Shown one piece after another: positions 9,213 to 18,960 of a stretch of 63,885 nucleotides of DNA (position 1 is its first letter; every line of letters begins with the position of its first letter). The DNA comes from an uncultured Phycisphaerales bacterium (GTDB taxonomy: Bacteria; Planctomycetota; Phycisphaerae; SM23-33), in the NCBI GenBank assembly GCA_965369385.1, contig CBDUQP010000003.1:1-63885 (forward strand). Direction: 5' to 3'. The position numbers were made by a program, and so were the translations under genes. A model generated the notes under the pieces. That model was not told the DNA's origin, ran no database searches, and saw only the letters and a list, made by a program, of their open reading frames with translations.

Positions 9213-10477
9213 ATGTCAATGAATACTGAAATCCTCGACGCCAAAGTCGAGTTCGTGGTGCAGTCACTCATTCAACCGCTCGTGCTGAGCACCGGCTCGA
9301 TATCCGAAGTCACCGAGGCGATTGCTACGGTAACCGTGCGAGTCGACGGCAAGGAAGCGATCGGCAGGGGGTCGATCTATCTGAGTGATCTGTGGTCCTG
9401 GCCGGATCCGGCATACACCCACGAACAGCGTGACAAGATTCTGCGGGATCTTTGCGAAGACATCGCCGCCAACCTGTGGAAGTACTGTGGGGCGGAAGCT
9501 CATCATCCGCTGGAGCTGGGCATGCGGATGCACGAGAGTGTCTGTCATGAGCAGACTCCGCCGGTGCTCGCTCGCGCAATGTGCGCCAGCCCGTTTGATG
9601 CCGCGATTCACGATGCAGTCGGTATCGCGATTGGCAAATCAGCGTTCCACTTTTATGACGAGCCGGTCGCACTGCCGAGTGTGGACTCATACTTCGAAGG
9701 CAATGATGCCTGTGGAGCGATCGCCAAGATCATTACCAAGCCCAAACGCGATCTGAAGGCATGGATCATTGTCGGCAAGAACGATTCGCCCTGACCCATG
9801 TTTCGCCGTGGGTCAAGGATCGCGGCTATCGTTGCTTCAAGATCAAACTGCTGGCGAAGGATGATCGCGCTGACGCCGAACGCACGGCCGAGGTATATCG
9901 GGGAGTCAAGGCGCTTGGCGTGGTGGATCCGTGGATCAGCATTGATACCAATGAAGGCAATCCCAACGCCAACAGCGTTCTGAATTATCTGACGCATCTT
10001 AAGGAGATCGACGCCGAGGCGTTCGAGGCGTTGAAGTATCTCGAACAGCCGACCGGCAGAGACATCACGGTTCACCAGTATGATTGGCACGAAATCGGCA
10101 AGCTCAAGCCGGTGATGCTGGACGAAGGCCTCACAGGTTTGGCGATGATGCCGTTGGCGGAAGAACAGGGTTGGACCGGTTTCGCCCTGAAGACCTGCAA
10201 GGGGCATAGTTTTGCACTGGTGTCGGCCGCTTGGGCGAAGCAGCATAATATGCCAGTGGTGCTGCAGGACCTTACGAACCCCGGCATTTCGATGATTCAT
10301 GCCGCATTGTTCGCATCCCATATAGATATGGTGAATGATGTCGAGCTGAATTCGCCACAGTTCACGCCGGCTGCCAACGAGGCGTGGCTGCCGCGATTGG
10401 GCGGGCTTTTCGATCCGCACGACGGAGTGCATAAGATGGCGGGCGATTCGCCGGTTGGTCTCGGGTCCACGCTTTAG
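9213..10477 (+). pseudogene. Enolase-superfamily (mandelate racemase/muconate-lactonizing type) gene split by a frameshift near 9780-9795
   Basis: ORF 9192..9794 encodes the N-terminal capping domain. ORF 9761..10477, in a different frame, encodes the barrel with 'FKIKL' (KxK), 'IDTNEG', 'LEQP', 'MLDEG' and 'KTCKGH'. The two ORFs overlap by 34 nt. The joined reading 'KAWIIVGKNDS/ALTHVSPWVKDRGYRCFKIKL' is co-linear with enolase-superfamily members. Confidence 0.65.
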
Positions 10478-10925
10478 CAGCCCGTTGAAAAAGCCATTCT
10501 TGCTGCGCGGGGGCCCTCCTTCGGCGGGCAGGCCTTTCACCTGTGCGTCTGCGTCACGAAAACTCGACAATTCACCGGAATTGCCTTCGTTTCCGTTCCT
10601 TGGTGCTCGGCGAAATTCCGCGCACTCGCGACAGGATCCATTTTTCAACGGAATGCTAGGACGCGTCGGCCGAAAAATACGCATTGCGATCAGATCGCTC
10701 TTGCCACATATTGCCAGTATGGTTAGTGTGATATGGGATTGTGGCATAATTGAATTCATGGGGCTCGCTGCCAGGCGGGCCCTGTTCTTTACGGGAATCT
10801 GATGATGATTGATAAGCGATACACCCGGCCGACCCCGGTTACAAGCAGATCGGCGATACGGTATATTGCTGGATGAAGGCGATGCTGGATTCGTAGTGGC
10901 TGGCGGAGTTCAAGGGAAACACGTG

Positions 10926-11393
10926 ATGATTGATATTGTGCCAAGTGCCCCTGGCGACTTTCTAGAGATAGCTGCACTCGACCGCCTTGCATGGCGGCAG
11001 AACCGCAACTCGGAGTTTATTCCGGATGGTGAGCATGTTTGGCGGATATGGTGCGAACATGCACTTACGTTCGTAGCCAGGCGTGATGGTGAAATCGTGG
11101 GGGCCGTGTTGGCCTTTGCCTGCACTGATGGGGGGTATTGCCTGCATAAGGCGATGGTGAGCGAAGCATGCCGCGGGCACGGAGTGGGTTCTCGCTTGTT
11201 CGAATCGTTGCTGTCGAAAATAGATGGCATGGGCGTGGATGTGTTTCTCACAGTGGATCCTGTCAACGAGGGCGCGATTAAGCTCTACGAGAAATGGGGG
11301 TTCACTGATCACAAGTTTGTGAAGGGGTATTATAGGGATAACGAGGACCGGCTTGTGCTGACCCGCAGGTTCGCGGGCAGTCAAGACGCATGA
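10926..11393 (+). CDS. GNAT-family N-acyltransferase
   Basis: 'IVGAVLAFAC...LHKAMVSEACRGHGVGSRLFESLL...VFLTVDPVNEGAIKLYEKWGF' matches the GNAT acyl-CoA binding motif (R/Q-x-x-G-x-G/A). ATG at 10926 lies downstream of GGAG. The longer ORF starts at 10809. Confidence 0.8.
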   Translation: MIDIVPSAPGDFLEIAALDRLAWRQNRNSEFIPDGEHVWRIWCEHALTFVARRDGEIVGAVLAFACTDGGYCLHKAMVSEACRGHGVGSRLFESLLSKIDGMGVDVFLTVDPVNEGAIKLYEKWGFTDHKFVKGYYRDNEDRLVLTRRFAGSQDA

Positions 11394-11433
11394 GCGTACC
11401 GGCTTGAGGTCGAGCAACCCGAGGTGGAAAGCT

Positions 11434-12540
11434 ATGAAGATTGATGCCATAGATGTCTATAGAGTGGAAATGCCGCTGATATACCCGTTCCGCACGGCGT
11501 TCGGTAATGATGCGGTTATAGAGACTGTCCTGGTGCGTATGCGCTCGGGCGAGTTTTTCGGTTGGGGAGAAGCCACGCCCTGGAGTAGCCCGGGATACTC
11601 CAGCGAGTGCGCAGCCGGTGCGTTTCTGGTAGTCAACAAGTTCCTTGCACCCGCACTAATCGGCGAGGAGATAGGCTCGGGGGAAGAACTGCAGGATCGC
11701 CTGTCGCATGTGAAGGGTAACAACTTCGCAAAGGCATCTCTCGATCAGGCTTGTTGGGATCTTCACGCACGAAGCCGCCAAGAGCCGCTGTGGCAAACGC
11801 TTGGTGGGCAGCAGCCTACTGTGGATGTGGGCGCAGACTTCGGGATCATGGAAAGCGTGGAACTGCTGATAGAGACCATCGCCCAAGCCGTCGAAGCGGG
11901 ATTCAAACGCGTTAAGCTGAAATATCGCCCCGGATGGGAACTGGAGATGATAGGACCTGTTCGCGAGGCTTTTCCGCAGACAGTGTTCCACGTTGACTGC
12001 AATAGTGCCTACACGCTGGATGATATCGACATGCTGAAGCAACTCGATAACTACGATCTGGCGATGATAGAACAGCCGCTGATGAATGACGATCTCATCG
12101 ATCATGCAACGCTCCAGGAGCAGATCAGCACGCCGATTTGCCTCGACGAGAGCATCACATCTGTAGCCAAGGCTCGCAAGGCGATCCAGATAGGTGCGTG
12201 CGGATGGGTGAATATCAAGCCGGGCAGGGTGGGTGGGATTACCAATACGCTGGCGATTCATGATCTTTGCAGGGATGCAGATGTCCCGTGCTGGATAGGC
12301 GGCATGTTGGAATCGGCGGTAGGCGGCAACCAGTGCTTGGCGCTTGCGACACTGGACAATATCAAGTATCCGGCAGACGTGTTCCCGACGGATCGATTCT
12401 ACGCCACGGATCTTGCGGACAAACCGATTGTGCTGTCTGGCCCATCACAAGCTACCGCCCATGACTTGCCGGGTTGCGGCGCAGTACCGGACGCCGGCCG
12501 ACTTGCAGCTCAGACGCTGGAGAGTGAATCGCACGGTTGA
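11434..12540 (+). CDS. o-Succinylbenzoate synthase / N-acyl(succinyl)amino-acid racemase-type enolase-superfamily enzyme
   Basis: 'MKIDAIDVYRVEMPLIYPFRTAFG...' with 'FKRVKLKYRPGWE' (KxK), 'HVDCNSAY', 'MIEQPL', 'CLDES' and 'VNIKPGRVGG', typical of the MenC/NSAR subgroup. ATG at 11434 follows GAGGTGGA. Confidence 0.85.
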   Translation: MKIDAIDVYRVEMPLIYPFRTAFGNDAVIETVLVRMRSGEFFGWGEATPWSSPGYSSECAAGAFLVVNKFLAPALIGEEIGSGEELQDRLSHVKGNNFAKASLDQACWDLHARSRQEPLWQTLGGQQPTVDVGADFGIMESVELLIETIAQAVEAGFKRVKLKYRPGWELEMIGPVREAFPQTVFHVDCNSAYTLDDIDMLKQLDNYDLAMIEQPLMNDDLIDHATLQEQISTPICLDESITSVAKARKAIQIGACGWVNIKPGRVGGITNTLAIHDLCRDADVPCWIGGMLESAVGGNQCLALATLDNIKYPADVFPTDRFYATDLADKPIVLSGPSQATAHDLPGCGAVPDAGRLAAQTLESESHG

Positions 12541-12932
12541 CAGGTGTTCGTGTTATCAGGTCCAGGCGAGAGCATGGGGAGTGACAAGAGAAAAGCACGG
12601 GCGAAAGGGCGAGAATCAGTACAATATCACCACAAACGAGCTCAAAGCCGAAGCCTGCGATGCAGAGGAGCTTAAGCAATTCGCAGACTAACGTCGCCAA
12701 ACAATAAAACTTCACAGCAAGGCTCGCCAGGCAAAGGATAGTGTCGAGCGGGCTTTTGCGTGCGATTTTAGCGTGTTTGAGTGCATGTCTGGTTTCGTCG
12801 CGTTCTTCTCGGGCCTGTTGTGGCGCAAGTTTGTGTGATTGTCCGCAAAGACGGTTTGCATCCCCACTGCGGACGCGGGTATCCTGTGGCAGAATCCCGG
12901 ATGGTCGCCAGTGGCATTGTGGAGTTGGTCGC

Positions 12933-14375
12933 ATGAGCAGTTGTGATGAAATTCTCAGCAGATTATCAGATGTCCCTTTTCTTGCCGAAGCTGGTCATGC
13001 AGATCAGTGGCCCCTCGAACTGGGTTGTTGCGTTACTGCATTTCGTGATGCCGTTCGCATTGATTCCTGGTCGGAAACCTGGCCGGGTGATGACGGATCG
13101 CCCCGCGAGATGGCGGTAACGGCAGAGCTGTGGACCGATGCCATTAATCTTGCACTCGAGCAGTTCGGTAGCGTTCATATCCCCTATCGCGCAGAGCCAT
13201 ACTATCTGGACGGGCCGATTATCCTGAAGACAGGCCGTCGCCTGGTTGTCGATCCAAATGCGGAAATCAGACTCAAACCGCATACCAACACTTGCATGGT
13301 CCGCAATGCGTCAATGGTTTCGGGCGCCAACGCGCCGGTGGAGCAGTCTGTTGACGCTGATGAGGATATCAGTATCCAGGGCGGAATCTGGACCACGCTG
13401 GCGACAATGCCCGGTGAGTATAACGGTAATGTACGCGGATGGGCGGATAAGGAAAACTCGATCCATGGGGCACACGGAACGATAAATCTACACAATGTCA
13501 GGCGGGTCAGCGTCCGAGGTGTCACGATTCGCCAGTGTCGTCCATACGGCATACAGTTCGGGCAGGCTTGTGAGTTCTATGTCGAGAGTATTAGTTTTGA
13601 CGATACGCACCGCGATGGTGTGCACGTTAACGGGCCAAGCAGTTTCGGTATCATTCGCGATCTCGGCGGTGTAACTGGTGATGACATGGTTGCCCTCAAT
13701 GCCTGGGACTGGAAGAACTCCACGGTCGCGTTTGGGACGATATCAAACGTGTTGGTGGAGAATGTTCGTGGCGTGGTTGGCCATCGCTGGTCGGAAATTA
13801 GAATGTTGCCCGGTACGAAGACGTTCGATGACGGGCAGAAAACAGCATGCGATATTCGCGATTGTGTATTCCGGAATATCAGTGGCGTGCACACGTTCAA
13901 AATGTACGATCAGCCGAATCTCGAAGTCGGCCGCGATAACGATTTCTGCGACCCGATCGGAAACATGCAGGGAATCCACCTGCGTGATATTGCGTTTGAA
14001 AAGCCGACTGATGAGGCGTCATTGCTGATAGGTGCTAACGCCGAAGATATTACGCTTGATGGCGTTGAACTGGGTTTTGATCCGGACTTTGCCAAAGCTG
14101 CCGACTACCGGCTTGTGCGCGTGGGGCCGATGTCGATGACATACAAACACAATCCCGACGACGTATCCACATGGGTGGAAGTGTTCTCCCCGGACAGCGA
14201 TTGCATCGTGAAGGGCCTGAAGCTCTCGAATGTGCAATCGCGGCTTGAAGGCAGCACACTGCATCCAGTAGCAGATCCAAGACGACTTGTGGAAGTTGTT
14301 GAGATGACGATTAATGAGGACTATCCCAACACGACTCCCCGCGGCGGCACGGGCAGGGGACGTCTTTTGGACTAG
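12933..14375 (+). CDS. Right-handed beta-helix (pectin-lyase fold) glycoside-hydrolase-like protein, GH28-like
   Basis: ATG at 12933 follows GGAG. 'AINLALEQFGSVHIPYRAEPYYLDGPIILKTGRRLV' resembles the pectate_lyase_3 N-terminus. 'RDGVHVNG...GVTGDDMVALNA' resembles the GH28 'DG(I/V)...GDD..A(I/L)' motifs. No signal peptide is obvious. Confidence 0.6.
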   Translation: MSSCDEILSRLSDVPFLAEAGHADQWPLELGCCVTAFRDAVRIDSWSETWPGDDGSPREMAVTAELWTDAINLALEQFGSVHIPYRAEPYYLDGPIILKTGRRLVVDPNAEIRLKPHTNTCMVRNASMVSGANAPVEQSVDADEDISIQGGIWTTLATMPGEYNGNVRGWADKENSIHGAHGTINLHNVRRVSVRGVTIRQCRPYGIQFGQACEFYVESISFDDTHRDGVHVNGPSSFGIIRDLGGVTGDDMVALNAWDWKNSTVAFGTISNVLVENVRGVVGHRWSEIRMLPGTKTFDDGQKTACDIRDCVFRNISGVHTFKMYDQPNLEVGRDNDFCDPIGNMQGIHLRDIAFEKPTDEASLLIGANAEDITLDGVELGFDPDFAKAADYRLVRVGPMSMTYKHNPDDVSTWVEVFSPDSDCIVKGLKLSNVQSRLEGSTLHPVADPRRLVEVVEMTINEDYPNTTPRGGTGRGRLLD

Positions 14376-15010
14376 TGGATGTCGAGATATCCACCGGCCT
14401 TTATGACGCTCCCAAAGGTGTCGCCCCGGCCATCATGAATCGCCCCGTGAAGCCGGCCGAAGCCGCAGGCAGCTCGGATTCTGCAAATACATTGGGAAAT
14501 TTGTCCGCGATAGTGTCACGTAAATCAAATTGCCATGATCTTGCGTTTTTGCGGAAGTGTAAGCGTTGCTTTTGCCAAATATTGCAATGCAGACGTGCGA
14601 GCTGATTGTTTTGTCGAAAAAGGTGCAGATTGGTGCATTTCATCGTATGTGTGTAACATTTTCAGCGGCCGAGGGGGATTTATCGCCAATTTCGCCGCAC
14701 CCTTTAATGCATCAGTGGTCAGTATGTAGATATATGACCGCGCTTCGTAGGGCCTGCCCGCCAAAGGAGGGGCGGACATGCGTGTCCGCCCGGCCGTTAG
14801 TTTCGCAGTCTCATTTCCAATCAGGCAGTCCCTTTCCTGCAAACCATCGTTCGGCGGCTGGGGTTGTGGGGGTCGCATTTCTTTGAGCGCGTGGATCCAA
14901 TTTCGCCGCGTTTTTCTCGAATCATTTGTGAATTCCTTGTGAAATTGTGCCTTCGCGCCGGAAAATGGTCTTCGGGCGGTGTTTTTTGAGTAGAGGGTAG
15001 AAGGGCGTTC

Positions 15011-15517
15011 ATGGGAAGGATTGATCCTGACATTCGAGATCTCGGCCGGCTGTTTGATGCCTATGGCGATGCGATGGTGCTTTATGCGCGTCAGTGGCTT
15101 GGCGGGCCGGTGGCTGAGGATGTGGTTCAGGATGTTTTCGTCAGGCTCATGTCGACTCGCAAGACGCCGGTAAGCCCCAGGGCATGGTTGTTCAGATCGG
15201 TTCGCAACGCAGCCCTGAACGAACTGCGAGCTACACGCAGGCGGACAGGACGCCATCAGGCGGTTGCGATGCATTCGCCGCAATGGTTTGACGCCGGGCT
15301 CGACGACAAGATGGACGCAGCCGTAGCCCAAGGAATTCTCGAAACGCTGCCGGATGAGCAGCGTGAAGTGGTGATACTCAGGATATGGGCCTCGATGACA
15401 CTCAAGGAGATCGCCGCCACCGTCTCACGGGCGACCTCCACGGTTTACGATCAATATCGATCCGCAATAGCGGAAATTCGCGAAAGGATGGGTGAATCAT
15501 GCCGGACAGAGATATGA
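15011..15517 (+). CDS. ECF-type RNA polymerase sigma-70 family factor
   Basis: Region 2 ('AEDVVQDVFVRLM...WLFRSVRNAALNELR') and region 4 HTH ('LPDEQREVVILRIWASMTLKEIAATVSRATSTVYDQYRSAIAEIR'). Confidence 0.85.
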   Translation: MGRIDPDIRDLGRLFDAYGDAMVLYARQWLGGPVAEDVVQDVFVRLMSTRKTPVSPRAWLFRSVRNAALNELRATRRRTGRHQAVAMHSPQWFDAGLDDKMDAAVAQGILETLPDEQREVVILRIWASMTLKEIAATVSRATSTVYDQYRSAIAEIRERMGESCRTEI

Positions 15518-16056
15518 CACCCGCGGACAAGGAACTGGTAAGGTCGCTGGGCAAGCTTGCTCCGGCGAAGGCGAATCTGGATCGTGACGGCGTTATGTTC
15601 CGCGCGGGACAGATGTCCACCCGGCGCGGGATGTGGGCGTGGCGAAGCGCGGCCGCGGTGCTGGTGGTGGCGTTGGGTGTGTCTATTGGCGTCAATGCGA
15701 TGCACACGCCGACTGAGAGCCCCGCAGATCGCGTAGTCTACGTGCAAATACCTGGTGCGGGCCAAAGATCAGGTGGCAGTGCGGTTCAGCCTGTAGTGGT
15801 GCTCGCCCCCGTAGACGAAGCCGAACTCGCCCGTCGTAGCGAGGCGCTTGCGAAGTATGTCGAACTCCGTACGAAGGTAATCAACGGTGATCTGGATGCT
15901 TTCCCGCGAGTGGAAGTGGCTGCGGGCAGCGCCGGAGAAGACAGGGCATTCAAGGCGAGCATGCGGGAGTATTTTCCGTATCAGAGCAGGCCCAGAGTCG
16001 ACACCAATACACTCATGCAATCATTTGTGAAAGGTATCCAGCGGATAGGGATATAG
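15499..16056 (+). CDS. Putative anti-sigma factor (single-pass membrane protein)
   Basis: Overlaps the sigma gene stop by 19 nt. One TM helix ('WAWRSAAAVLVVALGVSIGVNAM'). Position and topology are typical of ECF anti-sigma factors. No zinc-binding HxxxCxxC motif. Confidence 0.5.
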   Translation: MPDRDMTPADKELVRSLGKLAPAKANLDRDGVMFRAGQMSTRRGMWAWRSAAAVLVVALGVSIGVNAMHTPTESPADRVVYVQIPGAGQRSGGSAVQPVVVLAPVDEAELARRSEALAKYVELRTKVINGDLDAFPRVEVAAGSAGEDRAFKASMREYFPYQSRPRVDTNTLMQSFVKGIQRIGI

Positions 16057-16062
16057 GGAGAG

Positions 16063-17520
16063 ATGGATATGAAGATGCGATTACTGACAATCTGCGTGGC
16101 GGCGGTGGTGACCCTGACGTGCGCTGAACAGGTGTTGATGGCTCGGTCTGGTGATCATGTGCAGAACGGCCAGCAGAAGTCCAAGCCATCGCCGACGGTG
16201 TACGAGATGACGGTGTCGCCAAAGGCTCCGCCTGTACCCGCGCTGAAATACAGCTTGCTTCCTGGGCTTTTTGAGCTCAAGGAAGGCAGCGCCGTTCCTT
16301 TGTATAATATCGCGGTCGACCAGAGCACTTTGGACTATGCGAAGAAGAGGAGAGAGCTTTCTGATATTCTTGATTTACCGATCAGCAAGTTTCCTGTGGA
16401 GAAGGTTCGTCGGGTTCTGGCGGAGTTCGCTGCCGCAGTGAAATACACCGAATACGGGGCGAGGCGGAAGGAATGCCAGTGGGGCCTTGTCTTTGAGGAA
16501 GGGCTTTCGATGGCCCTTCCTGCTCTCAACAAGCATCTGCACCTGGTGAACCTGCTAGCGTTGAAGGCACGCCTTGCGATTGCCGAGGGTCGGTCGGCAG
16601 GCGCGATTGAGGCGATCAAGAGCGGTTATGCGATGGCGAGGCATCTGAATGGGGAGACTCTCATCCAGGCCCTGGTCGGTACTGCAGCTGCTAACACGAT
16701 GACCAGTCAGGTGCGCGATCTGATACAGTCGGATGATTCTCTGAATCTCTACTGGGCGCTTGCACGATTGCCTTCGCCGATTGTGGATATGCGAAGAGGT
16801 CTTGAGTCCGAGCGCATCATGTTTCTTGGTCGAGGCGAGTCGGTCTTGGAGAAGGATCCTCTGGAGATGACAGATGAGGAAGTGCAACTGGCGAAGCAAA
16901 CCTTGGATGAAGTGCTTGCAGCTTGGGGCATTCGTGTTCGTAATCAGGTGGTGGCGTTCGCCTTCATTGGATACCCGAAAGGCAAACAGGCCCTGATCGC
17001 GCTGGGTATGGACCCGAAGAAGGTTGCGAAAATGTCGGTGGCGAGAGTTATGTTGTTTTATGAGCTTGATGCATATAGAAAATGGCGAGATGAGATGTTC
17101 AAGTGGCTTGCCTTGCCATACTGGCAGGCGGCGGAAGGAATGCACAAGTCGAGTGAAGCTTTTAGCAAATGGCGGAAGGGTGCAGGCAAAGGTAATCTGC
17201 TGGTGACGTTCCTGCCCGCGGTGACCAAGGCTCGATTTCTTGAAGCCAAGGCCGATCGCAGTATTCGCGTGCTACAGTGCATAGAGGCTGTCCGCGCATA
17301 CGCAGCCGCCCACGAGGGCAAGCTGCCGGCGAAACTGGCGGACATCACTGGTACGCCTTCACCGATGGACCCTGTCACGGGCAAGCCGTTTGAGTACAAG
17401 GTAGTGGCGGCGAATCGTTTTGAGTTGATATGCATCGTTCCCAAGTGGCAACAACAGAAATACAGTTCGATATACAAAATTACAGTCAGGTCGATATCGT
17501 CTGCCAAGGGAGATAAGTAA
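16063..17520 (+). CDS. Hypothetical secreted, predominantly helical protein
   Basis: ATG at 16063 follows AGGGAGAG, 6 nt after the upstream stop. Signal peptide 'MRLLTICVAAVVTLTCAEQVLMA'. No family recognised. Confidence 0.55.
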   Translation: MDMKMRLLTICVAAVVTLTCAEQVLMARSGDHVQNGQQKSKPSPTVYEMTVSPKAPPVPALKYSLLPGLFELKEGSAVPLYNIAVDQSTLDYAKKRRELSDILDLPISKFPVEKVRRVLAEFAAAVKYTEYGARRKECQWGLVFEEGLSMALPALNKHLHLVNLLALKARLAIAEGRSAGAIEAIKSGYAMARHLNGETLIQALVGTAAANTMTSQVRDLIQSDDSLNLYWALARLPSPIVDMRRGLESERIMFLGRGESVLEKDPLEMTDEEVQLAKQTLDEVLAAWGIRVRNQVVAFAFIGYPKGKQALIALGMDPKKVAKMSVARVMLFYELDAYRKWRDEMFKWLALPYWQAAEGMHKSSEAFSKWRKGAGKGNLLVTFLPAVTKARFLEAKADRSIRVLQCIEAVRAYAAAHEGKLPAKLADITGTPSPMDPVTGKPFEYKVVAANRFELICIVPKWQQQKYSSIYKITVRSISSAKGDK

Positions 17521-18933
17521 ATGAAACGTTTGAGAATTATCGTGGTGTGCGCGTGCGTAATGTTCGGCATATTTTTCACAATGGCATGTGCGTCAGTGTC
17601 AGCGGCCGCGCCGAAAGGCCCGTCGCGGGCGGCTGAGTTGGCGAAGATGATCGCGCCATTTGTGGATGAACAGACGATTGTGGTGATTCACGCTGATTTG
17701 ACTAAGGTGGATCCTGGTGCGATCCTTGACATGATTCAGCGGGATGTTCTGAAGATGGACGAAGATAAAAAACGAGGGGCCGCCGACGAGAAGAAGAGGA
17801 TGATTGGCATACACACCGCATTGGTCAAGGCCGGCGTGAGAGATGTGTTCGCTGTCGTTTCGTTGGTTGATATTCCCCCCAAGCCGTTCTTCATGCTCAT
17901 CCCCGTCACGAAGGGAATGGACGTGCGAGCGGTGCGAGGACTGATGCATAGCGGAAAGGCCGATGGTCCTGTGGCCCCGCCGGCCGACCAGAAACCGGAT
18001 GGGCGGACGCAATTGACACAGGTTGTAAACGGGGCGGTCGTTCGTGCTCGCTTGGAGATTCACGAACGCCTTAAGACGATGACGCCTCACTCGCGACCTG
18101 ATATGGCGAAGGCGTTCGCTGCCGTCGAAGGTACAGCCGCCCAGGCGTTGCTGCTTCCAACGGATGACAATCGCCGCGTTATTGAAGAGATGATGCCAGA
18201 GTTGCCGTCGGTGTGGGGTGGCGGGCCGAGCACTGTGATTACCCGTGGTGTGCGTTGGGGTGCTGTTGGGGCGGAGTGTCCGCCCAAGGGATCGGTGAAG
18301 CTGGTCATCCAGTCACAAGGTGCCAAAGAGGCCAAGGCGCTCAGGGAAGCATTGGATCGCATCGTTGCTGGGATCTCGACTGATCGCCAGGTCAAGAGAG
18401 TGCTCGGCGACCCGAAGAAGGTGTTCGCCGGGCTCATGCCGAAAGTGGTTGGCGATCAGTTACGGCTGTCGATGAGTCAGAAGGAGCTTCTCAAGACGCT
18501 GGCGCCCTCTCTCGTTAAAGCAAGATCGGAGGCCGAGCTCGCTGCTTCCAGGTCGTACATCAAGGGGATCTATATGGGCGCCACGATGTATGCTGCCGAT
18601 CACAATGGCGCTATGCCCGACAATATCGACGCGATCAAGAAAGGCGAGTACATACCGGCCAAGATACTCGCGAACCCTCGTTATCCGAGGCGCAAGGGTC
18701 CAGGCTACGTGTACATCAAGCCGGCAGGTAAGCTCACTGACCTCAAAGCCCCCGGCACCACAATCGTACTCTACGAGAAGCTGGATAAGTGGGAACCAGG
18801 CGGGATTTGCGTCGGTTTTGCAGACGGGCACACCGAGATCATCAAGGACGAGAAGCGGTTCAAGGAAATGCTGGCAGCCAGCACGCGAGCCAGCACACAG
18901 CCGAGCAAGAAAGAATCAGGCACCAAGAAGTAG
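17521..18933 (+). CDS. Hypothetical secreted protein with a pilin/DUF1559-like C-terminal domain
   Basis: The start codon directly abuts the upstream TAA. Signal peptide 'MKRLRIIVVCACVMFGIFFTMACASVSAAAP'. C-terminal 'SRSYIKGIYMGATMYAADHNGAMP...ICVGFADGHTEII' resembles the post-helix region and the '...DG(H/S)V' tail of DUF1559 pseudopilins. Confidence 0.55.
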   Translation: MKRLRIIVVCACVMFGIFFTMACASVSAAAPKGPSRAAELAKMIAPFVDEQTIVVIHADLTKVDPGAILDMIQRDVLKMDEDKKRGAADEKKRMIGIHTALVKAGVRDVFAVVSLVDIPPKPFFMLIPVTKGMDVRAVRGLMHSGKADGPVAPPADQKPDGRTQLTQVVNGAVVRARLEIHERLKTMTPHSRPDMAKAFAAVEGTAAQALLLPTDDNRRVIEEMMPELPSVWGGGPSTVITRGVRWGAVGAECPPKGSVKLVIQSQGAKEAKALREALDRIVAGISTDRQVKRVLGDPKKVFAGLMPKVVGDQLRLSMSQKELLKTLAPSLVKARSEAELAASRSYIKGIYMGATMYAADHNGAMPDNIDAIKKGEYIPAKILANPRYPRRKGPGYVYIKPAGKLTDLKAPGTTIVLYEKLDKWEPGGICVGFADGHTEIIKDEKRFKEMLAASTRASTQPSKKESGTKK

Positions 18934-18960
18934 CAGACGCGAATAGCATTTGTCACACGC

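Noticed and set aside
9653-10759. 368-aa - strand ORF spanning the enolase pseudogene and the downstream spacer
   Set aside because: It is antisense to clear enolase-superfamily coding sequence. It is Arg/His-rich and motif-free.
12541-12932. Small ORFs on both strands in the spacer after the OSBS/NSAR gene (e.g. 12344..12691 +, 12452..12934 -)
   Set aside because: They overlap each other and the flanking CDSs. They lack RBSs and motifs and are most simply non-coding spacer.
14525-15331. 268-aa - strand ORF overlapping the ECF sigma gene and its upstream region
   Set aside because: It overlaps the sigma-70 region-2 coding sequence on the + strand and has no motifs. The 14376-15010 region is better treated as a long regulatory spacer.
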